DNA of 64,000 nucleotides from Escherichia phage vB_ESM-pEJ01: sequence record OP114734.1; one strand, 5' to 3'. Shown piece by piece: positions 63,594 to 64,000 of this stretch (position 1 is its first letter; each line of letters starts with the position of its first letter). The notes under the pieces were generated by a model. It saw only the letters and a program-made list of their open reading frames with translations, ran no database searches and was not told where the DNA came from. The position numbers and the translations under genes were made by a program.

Positions 63594-63932
63594 TCACACC
63601 TTTAAAGTCATAGACGCATAAACATTAATGCCAGGCCAGTTAGGATCGCAATTATACTCAACATCCCACAAATAAAGCGGTTTAGATGTATCAGCCAAGT
63701 TTTTAAAATCTTCTACCCACATTTCAAGGCTATATGATGGATAAACTAGGCTATCATATCCGCCGTAACGTTGGCCTACTGGTCGGTCAGTAAAAACTAC
63801 CTCAAGATCCGGTAATTCTTTTTCAAGGATAACCGCCAGCGCATAAATCAGACGGTCTTCCTTGTTACGCTGCCGAAGGACCGTTGTCAGTTGGTTTTTC
63901 TGGTTCACTAGCAAGCACCTCCACATTTTCAC
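63594..63932 (-). CDS. hypothetical protein (112 aa)
   Basis: ORF. Confidence 0.4.
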   Translation of the reverse strand: MKMWRCLLVNQKNQLTTVLRQRNKEDRLIYALAVILEKELPDLEVVFTDRPVGQRYGGYDSLVYPSYSLEMWVEDFKNLADTSKPLYLWDVEYNCDPNWPGINVYASMTLKV

Positions 63933-64000
63933 AGAATGAAATTTTCACAGACACAATTTTACCATAAGTGAAGAATGAATATACATTATCGAGATATTCA

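Noticed and set aside
47-63605. All plus-strand ORFs in the track (e.g. 47..322, 3589..3936, 5375..5926, 9081..9386, 21260..21679, 33155..33667, 36855..37160, 40280..40669, 45975..46274, 63396..63605)
   Set aside because: Each lies antisense within a well-supported minus-strand gene, lacks an RBS and has low-complexity or stop-biased composition; read as shadow ORFs.
1-64000. Integrase, transposase or other integrative mobile element
   Set aside because: No tyrosine/serine recombinase or transposase motifs seen; the only mobile elements are homing endonuclease genes.

Overview
This window reads as a ~64-kb slice of the early/middle (replication–recombination–nucleotide metabolism) region of a T4-like myovirus, with essentially every gene on the minus strand. 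Recognisable T4 homologues, in minus-strand order from high to low coordinate, are: M15 endolysin, regB, tk, dam, nrdC, endonuclease VII (49), nrdD, nrdG, a glutaredoxin, sigma factor 55, 47 and 46, rpbA-like, 45, 44, 62, regA, DNA polymerase 43, uvsX, helicase 41, primase 61, dCTPase 56, dda, dexA, a fused topoisomerase 39/60, rIIA, rIIB and topoisomerase 52. Between these sit many small ORFs of unknown function, four intact and one disrupted HNH homing-endonuclease gene, and at least 17 copies of a repeated early-promoter cassette (sigma70-like -35 TTGACA, a GC-clamped hairpin over the spacer/-10, and a conserved leader) that resembles the promoter-early stem-loops (PeSLs) of RB49-like phages. 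The most interesting candidates are two tandem arrays of paralogous genes flanking nrdD/nrdG, a macro-domain protein with neighbouring zinc-ribbon and periplasmic proteins, a Pol-beta-type nucleotidyltransferase, a GrcA-like glycyl-radical cofactor, a secreted SLT-type transglycosylase, a glycine-rich protein and a small HTH ORF inserted between rIIA and rIIB. All calls rest on reading the translations and motifs by eye; no database search was run, and hand-indexed coordinates (promoters, terminators, small ORFs) may be off by 1-2 nt.
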